64,000 nt of DNA, from positions 6,523 to 70,522 of the forward strand of contig CAYQPO010000005.1 in assembly GCA_964420015.1 (NCBI GenBank), written 5' to 3'. The notes beneath the pieces are model-generated. The model ran no database searches. It was not told where the DNA came from and saw only the letters and a list, made by a program, of their open reading frames with translations. The position numbers and the translations under genes are program-made. Source of the stretch: an uncultured Candidatus Saccharibacteria bacterium. GTDB lineage: Bacteria; Patescibacteriota; Minisyncoccia; Phycocordibacterales; SBAW01. Positions within the stretch are counted from its first letter, which is position 1. Each line of letters begins with the position of its first letter. This document shows, in pieces, positions 45,418 through 54,147 of the stretch.

Positions 45418-47592
45418 ATGCAAACAAAAAAGTTTGAAACGAGCCTAGGTGACAAGCCTATGGTCGCAGAGTTTAGCGACCTGGCTGAGCAGGCTAACGG
45501 CTCGGTTATCTTGCGCTATGGCGAAACCGCAGTGATGGCCACGGCGGTCATGAGCCACCGCACGCGTGAGGACATCGATTACTTTCCGCTCACCGTCGAC
45601 TTTGAAGAGCGCTACTACGCCGTAGGTGGTATTTTGGGCAACCGCTTTGCCCGCCGAGAAGGTCGCTCGAGCGAAAATGCAATCCTAAGCGGCCGCATCA
45701 CCGACCGCACAATCCGGCCACTCTTCCCCCAACACATAAGCAACGAGGTACAAGTGATTCTGACCGTGCTTGCTTTGGGCGACGAGCCGGCAGACCAAGT
45801 CGGGGTTAACGCCGCCTCGCTTGCGCTGGCAACTTCGGATATCCCTTGGCAGGGCCCGGTCGCCGCGGTGCGCATCGGCGTTAAGGGCGGGCAGCCAATC
45901 ATCAACCCCACTGCCATCGAGCGCAAAGAGTGCGAGCTCGAGGTGCTTGCCTGCGGCAAAGACTCGACCATTAACATGATCGAGGTGGGCGCCAAAGAAG
46001 CGAGCGAAGAAACGGTTGCAAGCGCGTTTGGACTTGCAGTTGAGGAGCACAATAAAATCTTGGCCTGGCAGCAACAAATTGTTAAAGAAATTGGCAAACA
46101 AAAGCACAACGCCGCCAAGCCCGAGATCCCTGCGGCACTGCAGAATCTTTTTGACACCGACTTCAAAAACAAATTGACCCCGACGGTTTTTTGTGGGTAC
46201 GCAAACAAAGACTCTATCCACGCGCTGCAAGACGAGTGGCAGAAGCGTACCGACGAAACCCCCGAGCTCACCGAGATCAACAAGGGCATGATTACGCGCT
46301 TCCTCGAAGACAAAATAGACGAAGAGATCCACCGTGGCGCAATCGAGGAGAACCGCCGTGCCGACAACCGCACCATGGACGAGATCCGTCCGCTGTTTGC
46401 CCAAGCCGGAGGAGTCTCGAGCCTCCTGCATGGATCGGGGCTGTTTTATCGCGGTGGAACCCATGTCTTCACGGCACTTACTCTAGGCGGCCCTGGTGAT
46501 AGTCAGATAGTCGACTCGATCGACGCTTACGACACCAAGCGGCGCTTCTTTCATCACTACAACTTCCCCCCCTATGCTTCGGGCGAGACGGGCAAAGTGG
46601 GCGGGGTCAATCGCCGTGCCACTGGCCACGGCGCGCTTGCACAAAAAGCACTCGAGGCAGTACTCCCAAGTGCAGAGGAGTTCCCCTACACGATCCGCCT
46701 CGTCTCTGAGTGCTTGGCCTCTAACGGCTCGACCTCGATGGGCTCGGCCTGCGCCTCGACGCTCGCGCTCATGGATGGCGGTGTGCCGATCAAGGCTCCG
46801 GTTGCGGGTATTGCGATGGGGCTCATGACACACGGAGGCAAACACAAGGTGCTCACTGACATCCAGGGCCCCGAAGATGAGTTTGGGGGCATGGACTTTA
46901 AGGTGGCGGGTACACGCAAAGGTATCACCGCGATCCAGCTCGACATTAAACTCGACGGGATTCCTGTTCCCATTCTTGTAGAGGCCCTCGACGCTGCTCG
47001 AGCTGCAAGAGCACAGATTTTGGGCGTGATTGAGCAAGCGATCGCCACACCGCGCGCGAATATTTCGCTGCGCGCGCCTGAAATTGTCACCCTGCGCGTT
47101 AAGCCCGACCAAATTGGATTGGTTATCGGCGGCGGCGGCAAGACGATCAACGGTATTAAAGAGGTTTGCCAAGTAACCGACATCACCATCGAGGATGATG
47201 GTTCGATCTTTATCACTGGCAAAGGAGGTTCGGCCCAAAAAGCCAAAGCGATGATCGAAGCGTTGGTTAAAGAGTACCTGCCGGGCGAAGTCTACGAGGG
47301 CGAAGTGACGCGCATGATGGACTTCGGCGCGTTTGTGCGCATCGGCCCGGGTAAAGATGCCGAAGGCTTGGTGCACGTCTCTGAAGTGGCACCCTTCCGC
47401 ATCAACAAGATTGCTGACGCGCTCAAAGTAGGGGAGAAAGTCCGCGTTATGATTAAAGAGATTGACGAAAAGGGGCGGTTGAATCTCTCGATCAAAGCTA
47501 CTGACCCCGACTTCGCCACTCGCAAAGGGCTTAGCCCCACACCACATGCCGCCCCAAGAGCCGAATACCCCAAAACCACTCGACCCGAGTAG
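45418..47592 (+). CDS. pnp: polyribonucleotide nucleotidyltransferase (PNPase)
   Basis: 724 aa; two RNase PH domains, KH (GGGGKTINGIKEV) and S1 (GEVYEGEVTRMMDFGAFV) domains. Confidence 0.95.
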   Translation: MQTKKFETSLGDKPMVAEFSDLAEQANGSVILRYGETAVMATAVMSHRTREDIDYFPLTVDFEERYYAVGGILGNRFARREGRSSENAILSGRITDRTIRPLFPQHISNEVQVILTVLALGDEPADQVGVNAASLALATSDIPWQGPVAAVRIGVKGGQPIINPTAIERKECELEVLACGKDSTINMIEVGAKEASEETVASAFGLAVEEHNKILAWQQQIVKEIGKQKHNAAKPEIPAALQNLFDTDFKNKLTPTVFCGYANKDSIHALQDEWQKRTDETPELTEINKGMITRFLEDKIDEEIHRGAIEENRRADNRTMDEIRPLFAQAGGVSSLLHGSGLFYRGGTHVFTALTLGGPGDSQIVDSIDAYDTKRRFFHHYNFPPYASGETGKVGGVNRRATGHGALAQKALEAVLPSAEEFPYTIRLVSECLASNGSTSMGSACASTLALMDGGVPIKAPVAGIAMGLMTHGGKHKVLTDIQGPEDEFGGMDFKVAGTRKGITAIQLDIKLDGIPVPILVEALDAARAARAQILGVIEQAIATPRANISLRAPEIVTLRVKPDQIGLVIGGGGKTINGIKEVCQVTDITIEDDGSIFITGKGGSAQKAKAMIEALVKEYLPGEVYEGEVTRMMDFGAFVRIGPGKDAEGLVHVSEVAPFRINKIADALKVGEKVRVMIKEIDEKGRLNLSIKATDPDFATRKGLSPTPHAAPRAEYPKTTRPE

Positions 47593-48646
47593 TCTGCTGC
47601 TGCCTAAAAAAGAGAGTGTTTCTCCTGACACCGCAAGCCGAGTAAACGCAGCCGCGCTCTTAGCACAAGAGCAGCAGGCGGAGCTGCAAAAGCCCGAACC
47701 ATCAAAACCTGTGGCCATTGTGCAACCAAAAGCGCCGGAGAGCACGGTCAAGCCGCTTGAGACTTTTCGCAGCGACATCGAACGCGCGGTCCAGGGTGGC
47801 GCCTCGATCGTGACTATTGCTGCAGCCGAGGCCGACCGCCGCGCACAAGGGGGCAGAGCGCCTGAGGCAAAAGCTGCCGATCCTCACTTGTGGCGCCATA
47901 TCGGTTACCTAGCCGCAGGATTGGTGCTTTTGTGCGCGGCGGGCGGAGTGCTCCTGTATTTGTTGAGCAAAACGGCGCCGCTACCGGTTGCGCAGACACC
48001 GCAAGCGCCATTCATTTCGGTTGATGAAACCAAGGTTATCAGCGAGCCGGCAAACCCCACACGCGACCAACTCATGACCGACTTGACTGCTGCTAAACAA
48101 AAAGTTGCCCTCTCCGTAGGACTCGTCGAGTGGCTCTACCCCGCGCAGCAAAATGCCTCGACCAGTGCGCAGGAGGGCATCCCTGCGGCGCAGTTTTTGC
48201 AAACCCTCGCGCCAACCATCCCCGGAGAACTCTTGCGCACGCTTGAGCCGACCTACCTGGTGGGCGTGCACTCGTACGACCAAAACCAGCCTTTTTTGCT
48301 CTTGACGGTCGACAGCTACGAGGTGGCCTACGCAGCAATGCTCCAGTGGGAGCGCACCATGGAGTCTGACCTGTTGCCTTTCTTTAACCGCGACCTCTCT
48401 CCGCAATTGCCGTCGCAGCAAAGCCCCGACCTTGCCACCACGAGCCAAGCGTTTGTCCCCAGCAATTTTGTCGACCAGGTGGTAGAAAATCGCGACACGC
48501 GCGTGCTCTTTTCTGACCATGGCGACCTCAAACTTTTGTGGACCATGCTGGGGCGCAACACTATCCTCATCACCACCAACAAATACACCTTGCGCGAGGT
48601 GATCTCACGCATGAACCAAGCACCCACGATTCCTGCAACACCCTAA
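47546..48646 (+). CDS. hypothetical TM-anchored protein
   Basis: track ORF overlaps the pnp 3' end by 47 nt, so the true start is probably an internal alternative codon; one TM (YLAAGLVLLCAAGGVLLYLL). Confidence 0.35.
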   Translation: MPPQEPNTPKPLDPSSLLLPKKESVSPDTASRVNAAALLAQEQQAELQKPEPSKPVAIVQPKAPESTVKPLETFRSDIERAVQGGASIVTIAAAEADRRAQGGRAPEAKAADPHLWRHIGYLAAGLVLLCAAGGVLLYLLSKTAPLPVAQTPQAPFISVDETKVISEPANPTRDQLMTDLTAAKQKVALSVGLVEWLYPAQQNASTSAQEGIPAAQFLQTLAPTIPGELLRTLEPTYLVGVHSYDQNQPFLLLTVDSYEVAYAAMLQWERTMESDLLPFFNRDLSPQLPSQQSPDLATTSQAFVPSNFVDQVVENRDTRVLFSDHGDLKLLWTMLGRNTILITTNKYTLREVISRMNQAPTIPATP

Positions 48647-49398
48647 CGAACAGTCTCCCAAAGCGTTTTAAAAAGCTCTCGCAGATCGTGCGCCAGAGGA
48701 GCGTCGTGGATCTCTACCAAATAGTACGGTTTGTGGCGCGTGTTCACCGTTACTAAGTAGTCGCCCATAACCCAGATGCCTGATACAAAATTTGCTTTGG
48801 GCCATGGCCGCATCTCGCGGCGAGGATATTTTTTAGTGAGTTTGAGTTCTGCGGCCGATATGTTGGTCAACATCTTTAATCTGATTTGCTTGGCATTTTT
48901 CCTCCAATACAATTCTATTGCATCGGTGTATTGCTCGACGTAGGTGTGGTCTTGGAAGCCCCACATGATCGTATCGTAGCGGAGCATGCTGCTGTCCCAT
49001 TTGTAGGCCTCTTCTTTCAAAAATTGGCGAATCTTTTCTTCGGGGATAAAGCGGATCTGCGGCACCGGGTAGGTCTTCTCAGCTTCGTTTTTGGTGAGCT
49101 CCTCGGCCAGTTGTTTAAAAATTTTTTCTCGGACATTCAGACGTTTCTTCTCCTCGGCTATGAGCCCTTGCACCGCGCCGGGGGAGGATGGGCTAAAGAG
49201 GCGGGGACGCTTTGATGCATCTTCCACCAAGAGACCCTTCTCCACCAGAGTACGAGCAATAGAGTAAGCCGTGGTGCGCTTGATACCTGTGGCCCGCGCG
49301 AGCATGACCGGGCTTGCAACACCCATTTTGAGCACCACTCTATAGAGTTTTATTTCTTTGTGATTGAGGCCGAAGGCGGCGAGAAGCTTCTCGTTCAT
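48643..49398 (-). CDS. TrmB-family regulator (paralogue G)
   Basis: start taken at MNEKLL; FGLNHKEIKLYRVVLKMGVASPVMLARATGIKRTTAYSIARTLVEKGLL. Confidence 0.65.
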   Translation of the reverse strand: MNEKLLAAFGLNHKEIKLYRVVLKMGVASPVMLARATGIKRTTAYSIARTLVEKGLLVEDASKRPRLFSPSSPGAVQGLIAEEKKRLNVREKIFKQLAEELTKNEAEKTYPVPQIRFIPEEKIRQFLKEEAYKWDSSMLRYDTIMWGFQDHTYVEQYTDAIELYWRKNAKQIRLKMLTNISAAELKLTKKYPRREMRPWPKANFVSGIWVMGDYLVTVNTRHKPYYLVEIHDAPLAHDLRELFKTLWETVR

Positions 49399-49416
49399 GG
49401 AGAAAAGAGTAGTCTG

Positions 49417-49434
49417 TTGACGAGACTTTGTCAA
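49417..49434. promoter_or_regulatory. inverted repeat TTGAC-gagacttt-GTCAA between regulator G and SBP7, next to a TTGACA -35 box
   Basis: read in sequence; TTGACA (49452-49457) -N18- TACAGT lies 9 nt before the SBP7 ATG. Confidence 0.35.
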
Positions 49435-49490
49435 CAAAGGTCGGACAAGTGTTGACATGCGGCTCTTTAATACTCTACAGTAGTGCCGTT

Positions 49491-50609
49491 ATGAAAAGTA
49501 TTTTTATAGGCGCAGCGGCTCTTGTTGTGATCGCTGGTGGTCTTTATTTCTATACCCGAACAAGCGGCGGCTCTGCAGCGGCGCTTTCTAGCGACTCAAT
49601 CAACATCGGGTCAATCCTGATTTTAAGCAATAGCTATGCTGCAGAAGATGGTGAAAATCACCAAAAAGCGATCGACTTGGCTGTTGAGGAGATCAACGCC
49701 AAGGGCGGCATCGAGGGTAAGCCGGTGGTGGTCGACCATCAAGACCAAAACGGCGACAACCCTCAGGGCGCGGTAAATGCACTGCGGGCTCTGCAGAGCA
49801 GGGGCATTGGGCTCATCATTGGCCCTATGTTTGCTCCTGCCGCGAGTGCACTCGCGCCTATTGCCGAACAAGAGCATATTGTGCTTATTAGCGGCAGCAA
49901 TGGATCAGAAAAGTTTGCACCTGCAAGCGCCTATACTTTTCTTACCCAAATGGCGAGCCAGGGGCTCAGCTATGATCTGGCCGACTATCTGTATAAAAAA
50001 GGCTACCGCAAAATCGCCATACTTGGCTCACAACAAGAATGGGAGCACAGCCAAGCGGACTTCGTTGCTGAAGAATTTGAAAAACTTGGTGGTGTAGTGG
50101 TTGCTAAAGAGCTACCGCTTATGACTAATCTGGACCTGCGCGACGAGGCGCTTAAAATTAAACAAGCCCACCCTGAGGCGCTCGTGTTCACTAACTACGG
50201 CGAGGTAATGATCGCAGCTCTGCGCATGCGTACGTTAGATATAACTGCGCCGTTTTACAGTGTCGCGCTGGGCAACGAAAAGGTCGCCGAAGCTCAAGGT
50301 GCACTCGAAGGAGCGATCTATGTCGATTCAAACTCTCCGCAATCGGCGTTTACCCAAAAGTTCGAGCAACGCTATGGCATAAAACCGGTCTCGGGAGCCG
50401 ATGCGGCCTACGACGCCACCAGTATGCTCATGTATGCAATAGCCCAGGCACGCTCTACAGATCCTGAAAAAGTAAAAAATGCGCTCATGCAGATAAAAAC
50501 TTGGGATGGCGCATCGGGCATGCTCACCTTCGACCAATATGGTGGCGCCATCAAAGAACCTCGGTTCTTTATCGTGCGCGGCAATACCATTGTGTCCTAC
50601 ACGCCCTAA
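49491..50609 (+). CDS. TM-anchored LivK-type substrate-binding protein, SBP7
   Basis: start taken at MKSIFIGAAALVVIAGG; INIGSILILSNSYAAEDGE...EEINAKGGIEGKPVVV. Confidence 0.75.
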   Translation: MKSIFIGAAALVVIAGGLYFYTRTSGGSAAALSSDSINIGSILILSNSYAAEDGENHQKAIDLAVEEINAKGGIEGKPVVVDHQDQNGDNPQGAVNALRALQSRGIGLIIGPMFAPAASALAPIAEQEHIVLISGSNGSEKFAPASAYTFLTQMASQGLSYDLADYLYKKGYRKIAILGSQQEWEHSQADFVAEEFEKLGGVVVAKELPLMTNLDLRDEALKIKQAHPEALVFTNYGEVMIAALRMRTLDITAPFYSVALGNEKVAEAQGALEGAIYVDSNSPQSAFTQKFEQRYGIKPVSGADAAYDATSMLMYAIAQARSTDPEKVKNALMQIKTWDGASGMLTFDQYGGAIKEPRFFIVRGNTIVSYTP

Positions 50610-50631
50610 AGTCTTTGCTATACTACTTCGT

Positions 50632-50949
50632 ATGGCACTAGATTTAGCGTATTTCAAAGACAAATTAGAAGAGGAGTTGGAGACGGTTGCGGGGGAGTTG
50701 GGCGATTTGGGCCACGAGGACATCGATCCTACTGCAACTGAGAAAGATGAGATCGCTGACAGGTTTGAGGAGCAAGAGGAGCACCAGAGCGAGAGCGGCA
50801 CGCTTATGCGTCGGCGCAACGATTTGATGGCCGCGCTCGGGCGCATCAAAGACGGCACCTATGGCATTTGCGAGGAGTGCGGGCAAGAAATAGGAGAGGA
50901 GCGGCTCGAGGCCAACCCCGCCGCAACCACTTGTAGCGTACACGTCTAA
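50632..50949 (+). CDS. DksA/TraR-family C4-type zinc-finger protein
   Basis: start at MALDLAYF (TATACT 7 nt upstream, leaderless-type); C-terminal CEECGQEIGEERLEANPAATTC. Confidence 0.65.
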   Translation: MALDLAYFKDKLEEELETVAGELGDLGHEDIDPTATEKDEIADRFEEQEEHQSESGTLMRRRNDLMAALGRIKDGTYGICEECGQEIGEERLEANPAATTCSVHV

Positions 50950-50978
50950 CAAGACAGTCGGGCCAAAGCTCGGCTGCT

Positions 50979-52103
50979 TTATTTGAGCGGGACGAGAACT
51001 CCGTTCTTTACCGTTTCTATTTTCACAGGGGTTGAGTCGACTGCGTGATTTTCGTTGAATTGCACCTTGCCAAGCGGTGTGTCGAAGGTGTGTGTAGCAA
51101 CGTACTGTCCGACTTCCGCACGATCTTTACTGCGGGCAACCGCCTGCACAAGAATATACACCGCTGCATAACTTTTATCAGCCGACTTAGTGGGCACGGC
51201 CCCATAAGCAGCCTGATATTCCTCGATGAAATTGGGTGTACTAAACTCCCAGTCAAGAATCGTTGCATTTTCGATGAGAGCCTTGTCCGCACCAGCGTCG
51301 GTAAACGAATCTGTAAGCCCGTTATACCCGACGACCGCCGGGTGGAAATCGAGGTCCCTCGCCTGGCGCAAAAACGTGAGCGGGTCCTCAACCACCATAT
51401 CGAGAAACACAGTGTCGACGTTTTGCTGCTTTAATTTTAAAATAAGCGTACGGAAGTCGTTTCCTCCGATCTGTGGGTATGACTCGTCGATCACGGGTGG
51501 GCGTCCAAGTTCCTGCATCACTCCCGAGAGTGTGGTCACTATCTCTTGGCCGAACACCGACTTGAAGTGTACGACCGCAAGCTTTTGCGTATTGCTTTTC
51601 GCTATATGGCCCTCCAGCTCCCGAATTACCGAGCTAAACGATGGCAACATGACAAACGAGTACGGGGTGAGTTTGAAATCGCCTGGTATATAGAAATTGG
51701 TAGGAGAGATAAGTGTCGTCTGAGAGCTGTCCGCGATGGGCAGGAGCGGCTGCGTGGCGAAATCGAACATGCCACCCACAATTGCATCGACACGATCGAC
51801 GCTCACGAGCTTTTGAAACCCCGATACAGCTTCTTTGGGGTCGGTGTGGTCATCCTCGATATACAGTTCAACCTTACGCCCATCGATACCACCATTTTTG
51901 TTGATATCGTCGACCGCAAGCTGGATGCTCTTATGCGCCTCTTCGCCAAAGGCAGCGGCTACGCCCGTTTGCGAAAGTAGGGCACCAATCTTAATGGGGT
52001 TATTCGTTTGTTGGGCAGAAAAGGAACTCCCTTTGTATACAAGCCCCGCACCGACGAGGACCACAACGATGATGCCTGCTGCCCATATAAATTGCTTTTG
52101 CAT
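50979..52103 (-). CDS. TM-anchored LivK-type substrate-binding protein, SBP8
   Basis: IKIGALLSQTGVAAAFGE...DDINKNGGIDGRKVEL. Confidence 0.8.
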   Translation of the reverse strand: MQKQFIWAAGIIVVVLVGAGLVYKGSSFSAQQTNNPIKIGALLSQTGVAAAFGEEAHKSIQLAVDDINKNGGIDGRKVELYIEDDHTDPKEAVSGFQKLVSVDRVDAIVGGMFDFATQPLLPIADSSQTTLISPTNFYIPGDFKLTPYSFVMLPSFSSVIRELEGHIAKSNTQKLAVVHFKSVFGQEIVTTLSGVMQELGRPPVIDESYPQIGGNDFRTLILKLKQQNVDTVFLDMVVEDPLTFLRQARDLDFHPAVVGYNGLTDSFTDAGADKALIENATILDWEFSTPNFIEEYQAAYGAVPTKSADKSYAAVYILVQAVARSKDRAEVGQYVATHTFDTPLGKVQFNENHAVDSTPVKIETVKNGVLVPLK

Positions 52104-52128
52104 GAACTATAATGTACTCAACAAAACG

Positions 52129-52148
52129 GACTATGTCAATATATAGTC
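52129..52148. promoter_or_regulatory. inverted repeat GACTAT-GTCAATAT-ATAGTC between SBP8 and regulator H
   Basis: read in sequence; a GCCTATC..GATAGGC hairpin + T6 follows at 52181-52202. Confidence 0.35.
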
Positions 52149-52224
52149 ATGATTTTATTTCTCCTATTAGTAGATTGAAAGGCCTATCTGATAGGCTTTT
52201 TTCTGTGCTATAGTCGTAAAAAGA

Positions 52225-52962
52225 ATGACTGACTATATTAACAGTGCGCTCAAAGCCGGTCTCTCCCCTAAGGCAGGAGCTGTTTATGTGGCATTGCTGG
52301 AAGCGGGTGCGGCATTGGCCCCCAAAAATATCATCACCAAAACGAAACTCTACAGACAATACGTATACGACGCCTTGCACGAGCTTGCGGACAAGCGGCT
52401 CATAACCACCGAGGGCGAAGGCCGCAGCATACGGTACTTAGCGGTAAGCCCAGATACATTACTACAAGAAGTGGAGAAGAAACGTATTGATACGCTTGAG
52501 GGAGTACAAAATCTTTTACACCTGTATGACAGATCTCCCGCTGGAGTTGTAGATATCGTCCGGGGCAATCGAGCGGCAATCGAGTACGACCTGCAACAAA
52601 TCCGAGACGCTCACGAAGGAGACTTTCTTGATGTGATCGGCGGCGGGGGCTTGCACTGGGTCCGCATGTTTGAAGCATCGGGGCGTATGGAAGAATGGGA
52701 AGCCTTGCGCAAGAAAAAGAACGTCAAAATCCGCTACATTGGTGTCGGCGAAGATGTCCGATTTAATAGAGAGCAAAGCATCAGTGAAAACGAATCGCGA
52801 ATCATACCGGGGATAGGGGACCTGGTGAGCGTCGTGATCCGCAAAGATAGCGTCACCTTCGATATGTATGACCCCGAAGCGATTTATGTGAGAGTAAAAA
52901 GCAAAGCTGCGGCAGCGAGCCAGCGCGCATTATTTGAAGTTTTGTGGCAAGCTGCTAAATGA
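52225..52962 (+). CDS. TrmB-like winged-helix regulator (paralogue H)
   Basis: LSPKAGAVYVALLEAGAALAPKNIITKTKLYRQYVYDALHELADKRLI; TATAGT 10 nt upstream of ATG; stop overlaps the start of the next gene. Confidence 0.55.
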   Translation: MTDYINSALKAGLSPKAGAVYVALLEAGAALAPKNIITKTKLYRQYVYDALHELADKRLITTEGEGRSIRYLAVSPDTLLQEVEKKRIDTLEGVQNLLHLYDRSPAGVVDIVRGNRAAIEYDLQQIRDAHEGDFLDVIGGGGLHWVRMFEASGRMEEWEALRKKKNVKIRYIGVGEDVRFNREQSISENESRIIPGIGDLVSVVIRKDSVTFDMYDPEAIYVRVKSKAAAASQRALFEVLWQAAK

Positions 52963-54147
52963 ATGCACAAGCAGAATCTCTTTTTGTGGGCCCTATACGA
53001 CTTTGCTAACTCGATCGTCTATATCGCGTTTTTGCTCTACTTTGCGCAGTGGCTAGTGGTCGACGCGGGGCTCTCTGACTTTTGGTACAACGCACTCTTT
53101 GCCCTTTCGACCCTACTCTTGCTCACAACCGCGCCGCTCCTCTCAGCCCGTGTCGACCAACATGGAGGTGGCAAATTTTGGCTCACAGTTGCTACGATAG
53201 GTACCGCGCTGAGTTATGGAGGAGCTATCGCGCTAGCCCATAGCGACACTCACTTTGTTTGGCCTGCGGCGCTCCTCTTTTTACTAGGACAATACTTTTA
53301 TCAACTCTCTTTCGTGTTTTATACCCCCATGCTTGTTGAACTAGGACCCCCGCAGGTGCGCGCACGCGCCTCGGGCATCGGGCAGTTTGGCAACGCACTG
53401 GGGCAAATTTGTGGCGTGCTCTTGGCGCTCCCGTTTGCAGCCACACGCCTGGGGCCAATGTTCCCTGCATTGCTCGTTTTTATTTTGCTCTCACTTCCGA
53501 TGCTTTTGTGGTATCGCGAGCAGCCGCGGCTAGCTCACTTTGGCGAGCATCGACCCTATTTCAAAAAATTATTCACGTTCTTGTCCTCGTCGCTTGCTGC
53601 GTCGTTCTTGCTGGCGTACTTTTTCTTTAACGATGCGGTTATTACGCTCAGCAACAACTACGCGATCGTACTTGAACGGATGTGGGGCGTTCAGGATGTG
53701 ACCAAATCTCTTCTCCTGCTCGCAATCCTAATCGCCTCTGCCTTTGGCGGCATCATTGCCGGGTGGGTCGCCGAACGAATTGGCGTATATAAAACCCTTT
53801 TGAGCCTAATCCTCGGTTGGGTAGTGCTCCTTATACTGCTGAGCCTTGCACCGACGTTCTTTGTCTTTTCTGTACTCACCGTGCTGGTAGGGCTCCTTAT
53901 CGGCTCTTCCTTCTCCACATCGCGAGTGTATTTTACGGAGCTTCTCAGGTCGGAGGAACTTACCTACGGTTTTTCGCTCTTTACGCTCTTTGAGCGTTTT
54001 GCCTCGTTTGTGGGCCCGCTGCTTTGGGGAGTGATGGTGGTAGAGAGTGGCTACCGGCTGGCGGTCGTGGCCATGGCGGGGCTCATGGCTATAGGTTTGG
54101 TAATACTCTTGCGTTACAAAAACGGGTGGCGTAAAGCTCATCTATAA
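52963..54147 (+). CDS. MFS transporter (UMF1-like)
   Basis: 394 aa, about 12 TM; N-terminal LWALYDFANS motif resembling UMF1-family MFS. Confidence 0.65.
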   Translation: MHKQNLFLWALYDFANSIVYIAFLLYFAQWLVVDAGLSDFWYNALFALSTLLLLTTAPLLSARVDQHGGGKFWLTVATIGTALSYGGAIALAHSDTHFVWPAALLFLLGQYFYQLSFVFYTPMLVELGPPQVRARASGIGQFGNALGQICGVLLALPFAATRLGPMFPALLVFILLSLPMLLWYREQPRLAHFGEHRPYFKKLFTFLSSSLAASFLLAYFFFNDAVITLSNNYAIVLERMWGVQDVTKSLLLLAILIASAFGGIIAGWVAERIGVYKTLLSLILGWVVLLILLSLAPTFFVFSVLTVLVGLLIGSSFSTSRVYFTELLRSEELTYGFSLFTLFERFASFVGPLLWGVMVVESGYRLAVVAMAGLMAIGLVILLRYKNGWRKAHL

